Notes: generated by a model not told the origin, from the letters alone. A stretch of DNA of 32,000 nt from Candidatus Pelagibacter sp. HTCC7211 (GCF_000155895.1 NZ_DS995298.1:750001-782000), one strand, 5' to 3'. Shown: positions 1 to 8,991, counted from the stretch's first letter. Translations and numbers: made by a program.

Positions 1-573
1 ACAGGAGCTGATGCTTTAATACATGCTATAGAGGGATATTGTGTGCCTGGATTTAATCCAATGTGTGATGGGGCAGCACTGGAAGGACTTTCTTTAATTT
101 CAAAATCATTAATTAAAGCAGTTGAAGAGCCTGAGAATATATTAGCAAGAGGTGGTATGCATGTTGGATCTTGTTTAGCAGGAATATCATTTTTGAAAGG
201 TTTAGGAAATGTTCATTCTATTTCCCATATGGTAGGAGCAGAATATAATACCCATCATGGACTAACTAACGCAATAGTTTTACCAGTTGTCATGAAATAT
301 AATTTGCCAGGAATGGAAGAAAAAGTTCAAAGAATGTCAGAAGCAATGCAATACAAAGATCATTCTGTAAACGCATTTATAAAAAATTTAGAGAACCTTT
401 TAGATAGAATTAAAATTCCAAATAGTTTGAGTGAAATTAATGTTCCAGAGGATTGTGCTGAAAGAATTGCTGAAAAAGCAATGAAAGATCAAGCGTATGC
501 AACCAATCCTAAAGTAGCTTCATTAGCTGAAATGAAAGAAATGGTTTTGCAAAGTATTAAAAAAGCTCGATAA
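1..573 (+). CDS. Iron-containing (type III) alcohol dehydrogenase, C-terminal part; the 5' end lies outside the window
   Basis: Frame 1 is open from base 1 (TGADALIHAIEGYCVPG...) to the stop at 573. GNVHSISHMVGAEYNTHHGLTNAIVLP matches the His-rich metal-binding region of the Fe-ADH family. Confidence 0.85.
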   Translation, partial: TGADALIHAIEGYCVPGFNPMCDGAALEGLSLISKSLIKAVEEPENILARGGMHVGSCLAGISFLKGLGNVHSISHMVGAEYNTHHGLTNAIVLPVVMKYNLPGMEEKVQRMSEAMQYKDHSVNAFIKNLENLLDRIKIPNSLSEINVPEDCAERIAEKAMKDQAYATNPKVASLAEMKEMVLQSIKKAR

Positions 574-579
574 GCTTTT

Positions 580-2004
580 ATGCTTGAAAATCAATCAGTT
601 AAAGAAATACAAAACAATATAAAAAGTCGACAAATCTCAATTAAAGAGGTTGTTGAGTATTATTTAGACAGAATTGAAAAATTTAATCCGGATTTAAACG
701 CTATTGTTCTTCAAAAAGATCGTGAATTAATCATAAAAGAGGCAATTGAAAAGGATAATATCAAGGAAATTGACAAACCTTTAAATGGATTGCCAATAGC
801 AATTAAAGATCTGACAGATGTCGTGGGTTTTAAAACTACATACGGATTTCCAGGATCAAAAAATAACCAACCAAAAAAAAACTCATTATTTGTTAATCGA
901 TTAATTGATAAAGGAACAATTGTTATTGGTAAAACAAACACAGCAGAACTTGGTGTAGGTGGACATACAATTAATAGGCTTTTCGGACCAACATCAAACA
1001 TTTATGATTTATCAAAATCAGCAGCAGGATCAAGTGGAGGTGCAAGTTCAGCTGTTGCTGCTGGATTATTGCCATTTGCTGATGGTACAGATCAAATGGG
1101 ATCATGTCGTGGACCTGCAGCATATGCAAATATTTATGGTTTTAGACCCACACCAGGTCTAATCCCTTCAGATCGCTCAGGACAAAATTTAAATTATCCA
1201 ATACTTACGACGCCAGGATGTTTTGCGAGAAATCCAAGAGATATGTCGATTTTATTAGATGAAATTGTAGGAAGTGACTCAGTTGACAAATTTTCATTTG
1301 ATTTAGATGGCTATTTTAAAAATCAAAATATAAGTGAAAAAGAATTTTCATCTTTTAAAATTGGATGGCTTTCTAATATGAATGGGAATTATATTATAGA
1401 AAAAGATATATTGGAAATTTGTGAGACTAAATTAAAAGATTTAGAAAAAATAAATCTTAGAGTAGAAAATCTTAAACCAAAAATAAATACTGATATTTTG
1501 TGGAAGAGTTGGACAACTTTAAGAGCCAAAAGTATTTATGAAGATACTTTAGCTATGAATATTATAGATATTAGTTCAATGACATATCAAGCAATTTGGG
1601 AATATAACAAAGGCAAAGAAATTAAAGCCGAAGATCTAAAAATAGCCTTAAATCAAAAACAAGAATGTTTAAATCAAATAAATTTAATGTTTGAGAATTT
1701 TGATTTTTTAGTATTACCATCAGCTCAAATTTTTCCCTTTGATAAAAAATTACAATTTCCAAAAAATATTAATGATAAAGAATTAGATACTTATCATCGT
1801 TGGTTAGAAGTTTTTATATTATCCAGCCTTTTAGAACTACCTACAGTTACAATTCCAGCAGGTTTTAACAAAGATGGCATGCCTATGGGTATGCAAATTA
1901 TTGGGAAAAATAAAGATGATTTGAAATTATATTCTTTTGCAAGTAAATATGAAGATATTTTCAATTTTAGTAAAATTAAACCTAAATTAGATAAGTTAAG
2001 ATGA
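580..2004 (+). CDS. Amidase-signature (AS) family amidase
   Basis: 474 aa. It has the Gly/Ser-rich AS block AGSSGGASSAVAAG, an IAIKDL lysine region and GKTNTAELG. The ATG lies 7 nt after the upstream stop. Confidence 0.9.
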   Translation: MLENQSVKEIQNNIKSRQISIKEVVEYYLDRIEKFNPDLNAIVLQKDRELIIKEAIEKDNIKEIDKPLNGLPIAIKDLTDVVGFKTTYGFPGSKNNQPKKNSLFVNRLIDKGTIVIGKTNTAELGVGGHTINRLFGPTSNIYDLSKSAAGSSGGASSAVAAGLLPFADGTDQMGSCRGPAAYANIYGFRPTPGLIPSDRSGQNLNYPILTTPGCFARNPRDMSILLDEIVGSDSVDKFSFDLDGYFKNQNISEKEFSSFKIGWLSNMNGNYIIEKDILEICETKLKDLEKINLRVENLKPKINTDILWKSWTTLRAKSIYEDTLAMNIIDISSMTYQAIWEYNKGKEIKAEDLKIALNQKQECLNQINLMFENFDFLVLPSAQIFPFDKKLQFPKNINDKELDTYHRWLEVFILSSLLELPTVTIPAGFNKDGMPMGMQIIGKNKDDLKLYSFASKYEDIFNFSKIKPKLDKLR

Positions 2005-2897
2005 GACACCCCCACCATTATAAAATTTCAATTGCTCTTGCGATATCCGCTGGTGCTTGGGGAATATACTGGTTACCACAAAGAATTCTTGAGGACGGTG
2101 GTTTAACTGGAGGCTGGGGTACAATTTCCCAAATGATAATTGGAACTCTAATATTAATGCCTATTGCACTTTGGAGAATGAGCAAAAAAAAAGGTACCGG
2201 ATTAGAGCTCCCTGGTATGGGAATTTTAATTGGGGGAGGTTTTATATGTTATGCATTAAGCTTTCTTTTAACTGACGTAGTCAGAGCTTTAATAATGTTT
2301 TATATGACACCTGTTTGGACAACTATTTTCGAAATTATTTTTTTAAAGAAAAAACATGGTTGGCAAAGAATTGTTAGTTTAGGTTTAGCACTTGGTGGAT
2401 TATGGGTAGTTTTTGGCCAAGGTGGCAATATTCCATTACCAGAAAATGCAGGAGACTGGTTAGCTCTTCTAGGTGGAATTATGTTTGCAGGAGGAATGAT
2501 TAGACTTGAAGTTATAAAAACTGACGGAGTATTTCCTATAATTTTTGGTTTTTTCTTTTATGGCACATTGTTTAATATAGTAGCTGGCTTTTTACTTGTA
2601 GATTATCTTGGACCAATGCCATCAATAGAAGCATTTATTTCAATGACAACATTTCTTGTTTTAATTTCAGTTTTTTATTTTATCCCAACTGGTATTATAA
2701 TCCTTTGGGCCCCAACCCAAATAGGAGCAGGAATATGTTCAATTTTATTTTTATCAGAAATAATAGTTGGTGCAATTAGCTCAAGCATTCTTACTGATGA
2801 ACCATTTGGCTGGCGTCAAATCACTGGATGTTCTTTAATTGTTATTGGTGGAATAGTGGCTGTAGTTTTATCTCCAAAAGAAGATGTCAGTAAATAA
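2001..2897 (+). CDS. DMT/EamA-type integral membrane permease
   Basis: 298 aa, almost entirely hydrophobic helices in two similar halves, which is typical of the drug/metabolite transporter superfamily. Its start overlaps the amidase stop as ATGA. Confidence 0.75.
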   Translation: MRHPHHYKISIALAISAGAWGIYWLPQRILEDGGLTGGWGTISQMIIGTLILMPIALWRMSKKKGTGLELPGMGILIGGGFICYALSFLLTDVVRALIMFYMTPVWTTIFEIIFLKKKHGWQRIVSLGLALGGLWVVFGQGGNIPLPENAGDWLALLGGIMFAGGMIRLEVIKTDGVFPIIFGFFFYGTLFNIVAGFLLVDYLGPMPSIEAFISMTTFLVLISVFYFIPTGIIILWAPTQIGAGICSILFLSEIIVGAISSSILTDEPFGWRQITGCSLIVIGGIVAVVLSPKEDVSK

Positions 2898-2950
2898 TAA
2901 CGAGCAAAAAAAAATTTATAACATTTTAAATTATGAGATATAGTAATTAG

Positions 2951-3811
2951 ATGAATTCAAATAAAATAAATGTAAGACGTAGTTTTATTTTTACACCAGG
3001 TCTTAAACCAGAAATGTTTCCAAAAGCTATTTCGTCAGGTGCAGATATGGTTTGTATTGAATTAGAAGATGGAATAGCAATCAAAGATAAAGATGAAGCA
3101 AGAAAAAATACATTTAAAGCACTTGAGACTCTTGAAGTTAAAAGTGGTGTTGAGTTAGTTGTTAGAGTAAATTGTCAACGAACTAAATTTGGTCTCATGG
3201 ATCTTGAAGCTGTTGTTTCAAGCAAAACAAATGTGAAAGCAATAATGTTACCTAAAGTTAAAACACCTGATGAAATTACTTTTATTGATGATATGTTGAC
3301 AGATTGTGGTTTAGACACTGATCTTCATGTAATAATGGAGACTAATGAGGCACTTGAGAGTATTTATGACATTGCTCATGCAAGCAAAAGAATAGTTGCA
3401 CTATATTTTGGAGGTGTAGATATGGCTGCAGAGCTTAGAGTTCCGAATGAATATAAAAATTTGATATACGCAAGATCTAGATTAGTGCATGCAGGAGCAA
3501 GTGTTGGTGTAGATGTTATAGATGTACCATATTTAGATCTAGAGGATATGGATGGAATGAAAAAAGAAGCTGAACTTGTAAGAGATTTAGGATTTACAGG
3601 AAAAGGTTCTATCCATCCAAAACAAATAAATATGTTGAATGAAATTTTTACACCTTCTAAAGAAGAAATTATTAAAGCTAAAAGAATTGTAGACCAATTC
3701 AATGAGTCGGATACCGGTTTAGTAGTAATTGATGGAAAGCTTATTGAAAAACCTGTTCTTCGAGAAATGCAGAGAAAAATTTTAATAGCAGATAAAATTA
3801 ATCAAAGTTAA
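2951..3811 (+). CDS. HpcH/HpaI-CitE family acyl-CoA lyase (citrate-lyase beta-subunit-like; malyl-/citramalyl-CoA lyase type)
   Basis: 286 aa. N-terminal RRSFIFTPG...GADMVCIELEDG and C-terminal GKGSIHPKQI..IFTPSKEEI..A match the conserved CitE-like pattern (RS.LF.PG, D..DLED, G..IHP.Q, F.PS..E). Confidence 0.85.
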   Translation: MNSNKINVRRSFIFTPGLKPEMFPKAISSGADMVCIELEDGIAIKDKDEARKNTFKALETLEVKSGVELVVRVNCQRTKFGLMDLEAVVSSKTNVKAIMLPKVKTPDEITFIDDMLTDCGLDTDLHVIMETNEALESIYDIAHASKRIVALYFGGVDMAAELRVPNEYKNLIYARSRLVHAGASVGVDVIDVPYLDLEDMDGMKKEAELVRDLGFTGKGSIHPKQINMLNEIFTPSKEEIIKAKRIVDQFNESDTGLVVIDGKLIEKPVLREMQRKILIADKINQS

Positions 3812-3814
3812 TTT

Positions 3815-4978
3815 CTAGAAATTTTTATTAACAATTTCATCTAACATATTGATCATATCTCTCTTGTAATTTTCATCAGTGCCAGAGTCTGTTTCAATGA
3901 CAGAAAAGTATGATGCAACAATTCCATTCTTTAAATTTATTGCTAAAAATTGACCACCAAGACCAGAATGACCAATCCAATCACCACATTTCATAGATGA
4001 ATTAGAATAGTATAGATATTTGTCAGTAGATAACTCCATATATTTAGTACCCTTATTTGTAAGAGTTTCACTTAAAAATTTTTCTGAGCCAACTTTTCTA
4101 TTTTCTACACCATGGCCTTTTCTAGAGAATAAAAGTCCATACCTTAAAAAATCTCTTGAAATCAAGCATCCTCCACCTGAAATCCACGGCATACTATCTC
4201 TATCAGTTCCCATATACATAGCATCTTCAAAACCCGCCGCCTCAACGGCTTCTAATAACCAGTCTTTTAATTTCTTTCCACTAACTTTCTCAATTATTAC
4301 ACCTAAGACATCAGTATTTGCTGACTTATAGTGAGATAAATCATTTTTATTTTCTAATGTTTCTCCCTTAATAGACTCAATTGAATTTAGAAACTCTTCT
4401 TGAACAATTTTATAATTTTGGTCGTTAGGAAGTCTCCATCCACAAACAGGCTCATGTAAAAAAGATGATGTATAGGGATCCGTATAATCTTCACTATAAG
4501 AGTTTTGTATATTCATATCTAGTACATCCTGAATTTTTGCTGAAGCATATCCAGAATTAATATTTGGTAAATATTCTGAAACAGTTTTGTTTAAATCAAT
4601 TATATTTTTTTCGACAAGTTCTCCAATAAATAAATTTACAAACATTTTAGTAATAGACATAATAGTTTGGGGAGTATGTTCACTAAAATCATCTGCGTAT
4701 TTCTCAAAAAGAATATCTTGATCTTTGCCAACTAATAATGAGCAGAAATATTTATGACTTATCATTTTTTGTACAGATATAATTTTTTCAATTTCAGGAT
4801 TATACTTTGTATTTAAAGTTAAAACTTGATCAGATCTAAATAACAAACCATACCTATTTATTTTGTGTAAATTTCTGTATCCTTCTCTTCTTGTTTCAGG
4901 TAAATACCATTTTGGTTTATTATCTCTTATAATTTTGAGAGAGGGGTTTGGTTCACTAAAAATTTTTTTTTTATACAT
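3815..4978 (-). CDS. Beta-lactamase-fold serine hydrolase (class C/esterase/aminopeptidase-like)
   Basis: 387 aa. It has an S-x-x-K nucleophile motif (SITK) about 100 aa from the N-terminus and a late WIGHSGLGG motif in place of KTG, as in beta-lactamase-related esterases and amidases. Its stop is 3 nt from the convergent CitE-like stop. Confidence 0.7.
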   Translation of the reverse strand: MYKKKIFSEPNPSLKIIRDNKPKWYLPETRREGYRNLHKINRYGLLFRSDQVLTLNTKYNPEIEKIISVQKMISHKYFCSLLVGKDQDILFEKYADDFSEHTPQTIMSITKMFVNLFIGELVEKNIIDLNKTVSEYLPNINSGYASAKIQDVLDMNIQNSYSEDYTDPYTSSFLHEPVCGWRLPNDQNYKIVQEEFLNSIESIKGETLENKNDLSHYKSANTDVLGVIIEKVSGKKLKDWLLEAVEAAGFEDAMYMGTDRDSMPWISGGGCLISRDFLRYGLLFSRKGHGVENRKVGSEKFLSETLTNKGTKYMELSTDKYLYYSNSSMKCGDWIGHSGLGGQFLAINLKNGIVASYFSVIETDSGTDENYKRDMINMLDEIVNKNF

Positions 4979-4997
4979 TAAATTTAAAATACATAAT

Positions 4998-5915
4998 TTA
5001 TTTTAAAACTGATATAGCTTTAATTTTATCTGGTCCAACGCCACAACATCCTCCAATAATTTGCGCACCATTTAATACCCATGATTTTGCCTCTTCAAGA
5101 TACGAAGATGGTGAAATATCATCTACTAACTTCCAATTTGGTTTTTCAAAATATCCATTATTAGGATAAGCACCAATTGATCCTTTGTGAATTTTTTTAA
5201 GAATTTTTACTGCTTCACTTGTTACTTTAATATCAGAGTGAGCAACTAAAATTGGCCCTTTATGAAGTTGAGTAAATTTCAATAATGAATTTTCTAAATA
5301 ATCATAAAACTGAGCTTTGGAATTAGTCACACTCTCTTGATACCCATGCATTAACTTTCCTTCCTCATTATTCATTGCACAAGAGATAGAAAGCCATACT
5401 GGTAAATTAATTTTAGATGAACATTCAATAATACTTTCAACTGTTTCATCTTTAGAAGTCATTGCTTCTAAAATAATCAAATCAACACCTGCATCTGATA
5501 AAATTGTTAACTGTTCAGAAAATCCAGGTGTTATCTCATTCTTTGTTAATTTATCCCAACTACCAGATGTAGAAACGGAACCAGCAACTGCAATTTCTCT
5601 CTCAGTCGAGGCAGCAGCTTTTAATGCTATATCAACAGTTTTTTTATTCCATTCCTGAGTAAATTTTTCATAACCATATTCTTTCATTGATATAGGGGTA
5701 ATTGCGTAAGTATTTGATGTAATTACATCTGCTCCTGATTTTATATAATTTTCATGAACTTGAAAAAGTTTATCTGGATCATCAATTGCACTCTTTCCAG
5801 CCCACAAATCTTTGTCCATCTTTGCACCAATTTGCTCTAGTTCCCCACCATTTCCACCATCAAGTATTACAACACTATTTTTATCTAATTTTTTTTTTAT
5901 GAACTGGTAAGACAT
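4998..5915 (-). CDS. Homocysteine S-methyltransferase family protein (BHMT/MmuM-like)
   Basis: 305 aa. It has VILDGGNGGELE, ITSNTYA and the C-terminal zinc-ligand pair IIGGCCGVGPDKI typical of the S-methyltransferase (Hcy-binding) domain. The methyl donor cannot be read from the sequence. Confidence 0.85.
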   Translation of the reverse strand: MSYQFIKKKLDKNSVVILDGGNGGELEQIGAKMDKDLWAGKSAIDDPDKLFQVHENYIKSGADVITSNTYAITPISMKEYGYEKFTQEWNKKTVDIALKAAASTEREIAVAGSVSTSGSWDKLTKNEITPGFSEQLTILSDAGVDLIILEAMTSKDETVESIIECSSKINLPVWLSISCAMNNEEGKLMHGYQESVTNSKAQFYDYLENSLLKFTQLHKGPILVAHSDIKVTSEAVKILKKIHKGSIGAYPNNGYFEKPNWKLVDDISPSSYLEEAKSWVLNGAQIIGGCCGVGPDKIKAISVLK

Positions 5916-5918
5916 TAC

Positions 5919-6302
5919 CTATTTGTTATTTGTAAACGCACAGATTTTATTTCCATCTAAATCACGAATATAAGAATAATAAACTCCAGAACCTTCAGGT
6001 CTTTCACCGCCTGAACCTTCACTTGTTGCCCCAAGTTGCAAACCAAGTTCATGAAATTTGTCTACAATATTTCTAGAATTAGTTATAAATGAAACCTGAG
6101 AACCATTTCCTATAGTTGCTTCTTTTTTATTTACAGGTTTTGTAACATAAAACTCAACTTTTCCATCACCACCTTTTTGAGAATAGCCTGCACAAACATC
6201 ATCAGTCTCAATTCGTTCTAAGTCTAAAATTTTAAATAGTTCATCATAAAATTTGATTGAACGATTTAAATCATTAGTTCCAACCATGATGTAACCGATC
6301 AT
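5919..6302 (-). CDS. VOC (glyoxalase/bleomycin-resistance/dioxygenase) superfamily protein
   Basis: 127 aa. It shows the pattern ..GTNDL.RS..FY...F, F.V..P.N...AT.GNG..V.F and YY.YIRD.DGNK common to small VOC-fold proteins. It lies 1 nt after the ALDH stop and 3 nt before the methyltransferase start. Confidence 0.7.
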   Translation of the reverse strand: MIGYIMVGTNDLNRSIKFYDELFKILDLERIETDDVCAGYSQKGGDGKVEFYVTKPVNKKEATIGNGSQVSFITNSRNIVDKFHELGLQLGATSEGSGGERPEGSGVYYSYIRDLDGNKICAFTNNK

Positions 6303-6303
6303 A

Positions 6304-7737
6304 TTATTTTGGCCAGTGCGTAATTGTTTTTACTTCTAAGAATTCGAGCAATCCCCATATTCCACCTTCACGTCCATTCCCTGATTGTTTATAACCACCG
6401 AATGGAGCACCTGGGTCAGCGCCATTACCGTTAACATAAATTGTTCCTGCTTTAAGTTTTTTTGAAATTCTTTTTGCTTTTTCTTTGTCTTCAGTTTGCA
6501 AATAGTTTCCAAGACCATACTCTGTCTCATTTACAATTTTGATAGCTTCTTCTTCAGTTTCAAATGGAATAATTGAAAGAACAGGGCCAAATATTTCTTC
6601 TTTAGCCACTCTCATATCATTAGTCACATCTGTAAAAATGGTTGGTTTAATAAAGTAACCTTTATTCATACCATTAGGTAGTTCAGGACCACCAGCGGCT
6701 AAGGTAGCACCTTCATCAATACCACTCTGTATTAAACTAATTATTTTATCGTATTGAACTTTTGAAACAACTGGACCTATGTGATCTCCTTTTTTAGAAG
6801 CGTGATCAACTTTTATCAAATTAGCTTCTTCGGCAGCCTCTTTTATAGCTCTTTCATAAATTGATTTTTCAACTAGCATCCTTGTAGGTGCATCACATGA
6901 TTGGCCTGAATTGCTCATTACATTTCTAATACCATCACGAACCGCATTAGGGTGGGAGTCAGCAAAAACAATGTTTCCACCTTTACCACCAAGCTCAAGA
7001 CAAACTCTCTTAATCGTATCAGCTCCATTCTTTAATATTAGTTTTCCTGCACGTGTTGATCCTGTAAAAGATACTAAATCAATATCAGGGTGGGTTGAAA
7101 TATCAGTACCCACACCAACACCATCACCGTTTACTAGATTAAAAACACCGGCAGGAAAGCCTGCTTCATCTATCATTTCAGCAAACAACATAGCTGATAT
7201 AGGCGCAATTTCTGAGGGTTTATGGATCATGGTACATCCAGTTGCGAATGCAGGAACAACTTTTAATGCTATCTGATTAATAGGCCAATTCCATGGTGTA
7301 ATCAAACCACACACCCCTATAGGCTCATAACAAATTCGATTGTTTGACTCAGGACTAAATTGTTCATCAAATTTAAATTCTTTTAATCTGACTATGAAAT
7401 CTTCTAAGTGTGATTGACCACTTGAAGTTTGAGCATCATTTGACCAATCCATTGGAGCTCCCATTTCCATAGATATGGCTTCTGTCATTTCAGAATATCT
7501 TTTTTTATAAATATCTAACAATTTTTCAAGAAGTTTTAACCTTTCTTCTTTCGAACTTTCACTCCATGTGACTAGCGCTTTTTTTGCAGCACTAACTGCA
7601 GCATTTGTATCCTCTTTTGAACCAAGAGAGATAGTTGCAAAGGCTTCTTCGGTAGATGGATTGATTACATCAAGATCGTTAGGTTTACTTGGAGAAACCC
7701 ATTTTCCATTTATATAAAATTTTCTTTTGTCTAACAT
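6304..7737 (-). CDS. NAD(P)-dependent aldehyde dehydrogenase
   Basis: 477 aa. ALDH hallmarks are present: SFTGSTRAG, LELGGKG (catalytic Glu region), NSGQSCDAPTR (catalytic Cys) and EEIFGPV. AAGGAG lies upstream of the ATG on the minus strand. Confidence 0.9.
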   Translation of the reverse strand: MLDKRKFYINGKWVSPSKPNDLDVINPSTEEAFATISLGSKEDTNAAVSAAKKALVTWSESSKEERLKLLEKLLDIYKKRYSEMTEAISMEMGAPMDWSNDAQTSSGQSHLEDFIVRLKEFKFDEQFSPESNNRICYEPIGVCGLITPWNWPINQIALKVVPAFATGCTMIHKPSEIAPISAMLFAEMIDEAGFPAGVFNLVNGDGVGVGTDISTHPDIDLVSFTGSTRAGKLILKNGADTIKRVCLELGGKGGNIVFADSHPNAVRDGIRNVMSNSGQSCDAPTRMLVEKSIYERAIKEAAEEANLIKVDHASKKGDHIGPVVSKVQYDKIISLIQSGIDEGATLAAGGPELPNGMNKGYFIKPTIFTDVTNDMRVAKEEIFGPVLSIIPFETEEEAIKIVNETEYGLGNYLQTEDKEKAKRISKKLKAGTIYVNGNGADPGAPFGGYKQSGNGREGGIWGLLEFLEVKTITHWPK

Positions 7738-7760
7738 AATAATGTCTCCTTATAATATAT

Positions 7761-8903
7761 TTAATTAAATTCCTTAAGTATTTTTTCCCGATGTTCATCT
7801 AAATCGGGTATGTCACCTCTTTTATTTGGATCTTTGTAAGCTGACATTTTAATAGGATTACCTGCTAATTTGAAATCCCCAATAACTTTATGATAAGCTT
7901 TGACAATCATATTTCTTGCTTCAACCTGTGGATTCTCAACTGCTTCTTTAATGTTGTATATAGGGCCACAAGGAATTCTTTCTTTTTCCATTTCATTTAC
8001 CCACTCGTTTGTTGTTTTTGACGACAACTTATCCTCTAGGATAGTTTTTAATTTATCCATATTTTTTGCTCTAGCAGAATTGGAATTAAATTTTTCATCT
8101 ATACTAACTTCTGGAATTTTTAAAACATTACATAATTTTTCAAACAATTTATCATTACCAGCAGCAACTATAATGTAGCTATCTTTTGTTTTGAAAGCTT
8201 CAAAAGGTGCAATAGAAGGATGTCTTGAACCCATTGGTTTTGGTATTTCATTTTTTGATAAATATCTAGCAATTGCATTTTCAAGTATAGCTATTTGACA
8301 ATCTAGCATAGAGACATCTATGAACATTCCTTTTCCAGTTTTTTGTCTGTCATATAAAGCTGCGTTAATACCAATAGCTGTAAACAATCCAGCTGTGATA
8401 TCACCAATGGATGTGCCGACTCTTGTTGGTTCTGAGTTGGGTTGACCAGTAACACTCATTAATCCTCCCATACCTTGAACTACCATGTCGTATGCTGGCA
8501 ATTCTTTTAAAGGACCTGTTTGTCCAAAACCAGAAGCAGATGCATAAATGAGTTTAGGATATTTTTTATTTACTTCATCCCAACCATAACCCCATTTTTT
8601 TAACGTGCCCGGTTTAAAATTTTCTACTAAAATATCTGCTTTAGATAAAATTTTATCAAAAATTTTTTTATCATCCTCATTTTTTAAATTTAAGGCAATG
8701 CTTTCTTTCCCCCTATTAAGCGACATGAAATAAGCAGAATAGTCTTGAACAAATGGGCCAAATTTACGCGAGTCATCGCCAATTTCTGGAGCCTCAACTT
8801 TTATAACTCTTGCACCAAGATCAGATAATATCATTGTGCAATAAGGCCCAACTAATACTCTAGTTAAATCAACTACTAATAAGTTTTTTAAAGGTCCATC
8901 CAT
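7761..8903 (-). CDS. Family III (CaiB/BaiF/Frc-type) acyl-CoA transferase
   Basis: 380 aa. The N-terminus GPLKNLLVVDLTRVLVGPYCTMILSDLGARVIKVE..IGDDSR is the canonical CoA-transferase III Rossmann start. A single-domain protein. Confidence 0.9.
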   Translation of the reverse strand: MDGPLKNLLVVDLTRVLVGPYCTMILSDLGARVIKVEAPEIGDDSRKFGPFVQDYSAYFMSLNRGKESIALNLKNEDDKKIFDKILSKADILVENFKPGTLKKWGYGWDEVNKKYPKLIYASASGFGQTGPLKELPAYDMVVQGMGGLMSVTGQPNSEPTRVGTSIGDITAGLFTAIGINAALYDRQKTGKGMFIDVSMLDCQIAILENAIARYLSKNEIPKPMGSRHPSIAPFEAFKTKDSYIIVAAGNDKLFEKLCNVLKIPEVSIDEKFNSNSARAKNMDKLKTILEDKLSSKTTNEWVNEMEKERIPCGPIYNIKEAVENPQVEARNMIVKAYHKVIGDFKLAGNPIKMSAYKDPNKRGDIPDLDEHREKILKEFN

Positions 8904-8928
8904 AAATTTTTGTAGTTATTTTGAAGAC

Positions 8929-8957
8929 TTGACTCTTATCAACATCTTCATTTTAAT
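8929..8957 (+). promoter_or_regulatory. Candidate sigma-70 promoter for the TRAP operon in the 88-nt divergent control region
   Basis: TTGACT (8929-8934), 17 nt, TTTAAT (8952-8957), about 35 nt upstream of the dctP ATG. A GAGAGG purine tract precedes the ATG. A 6-bp inverted repeat TGAAGA (8922-8927) / TCTTCA (8945-8950) brackets the -35. Pattern match only, in AT-rich DNA. Confidence 0.3.
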
Positions 8958-8991
8958 GCACGAATTAAATAACAATTGAGAGGAAAAAATA

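Noticed and set aside
711-1001. Antisense or alternative-frame ORFs in the supplied track: 711-1001(-), 959-1162(+), 1794-2018(-), 3376-3702(-), 4020-4331(+), 6336-6530(-), 6911-7276(+), 7900-8178(+), 13108-13311(-), 14510-14758(-), 16613-16855(+), 25084-25362(+), 29722-29985(-) and 31110-31346(-).
   Set aside because: Each lies entirely inside a longer ORF that has clear family motifs. Their translations are low-complexity (Ile/Phe/Ser/Leu-rich) with no recognisable domain, as expected for shadow ORFs.
2001-2897. Locally higher G+C in the DMT permease gene (and in dctM), considered as a hint of horizontal acquisition.
   Set aside because: The enrichment tracks Gly/Ala/Leu/Trp-rich transmembrane segments. 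The gene is translationally coupled (ATGA) to its neighbour, and there are no flanking repeats or mobility genes.
4963-4972. Long homopolymer tracts considered as phase-variation switches: A/T10 at 4963-4972 and 5889-5898 near the 5' ends of the hydrolase and methyltransferase CDS, A9 at 883-891 and 2184-2192, and A11 at 31719-31729.
   Set aside because: The coding ones all encode in-frame Lys runs (KKK), as expected in an AT-rich, Lys-rich proteome, and all reading frames are intact. There is no evidence of on/off variants from a single sequence. They would matter only if population data show length polymorphism.
5916-5918. I looked for a SAM-responsive riboswitch upstream of the homocysteine methyltransferase. 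Such elements are known on methionine-cycle genes in Pelagibacter-type genomes.
   Set aside because: Only 3 nt separate it from the upstream VOC gene. The operon leader at 8904-8991 is 88 nt of AT-rich DNA with no obvious pseudoknot-forming G/C segments. There is no space or sequence to support a riboswitch.
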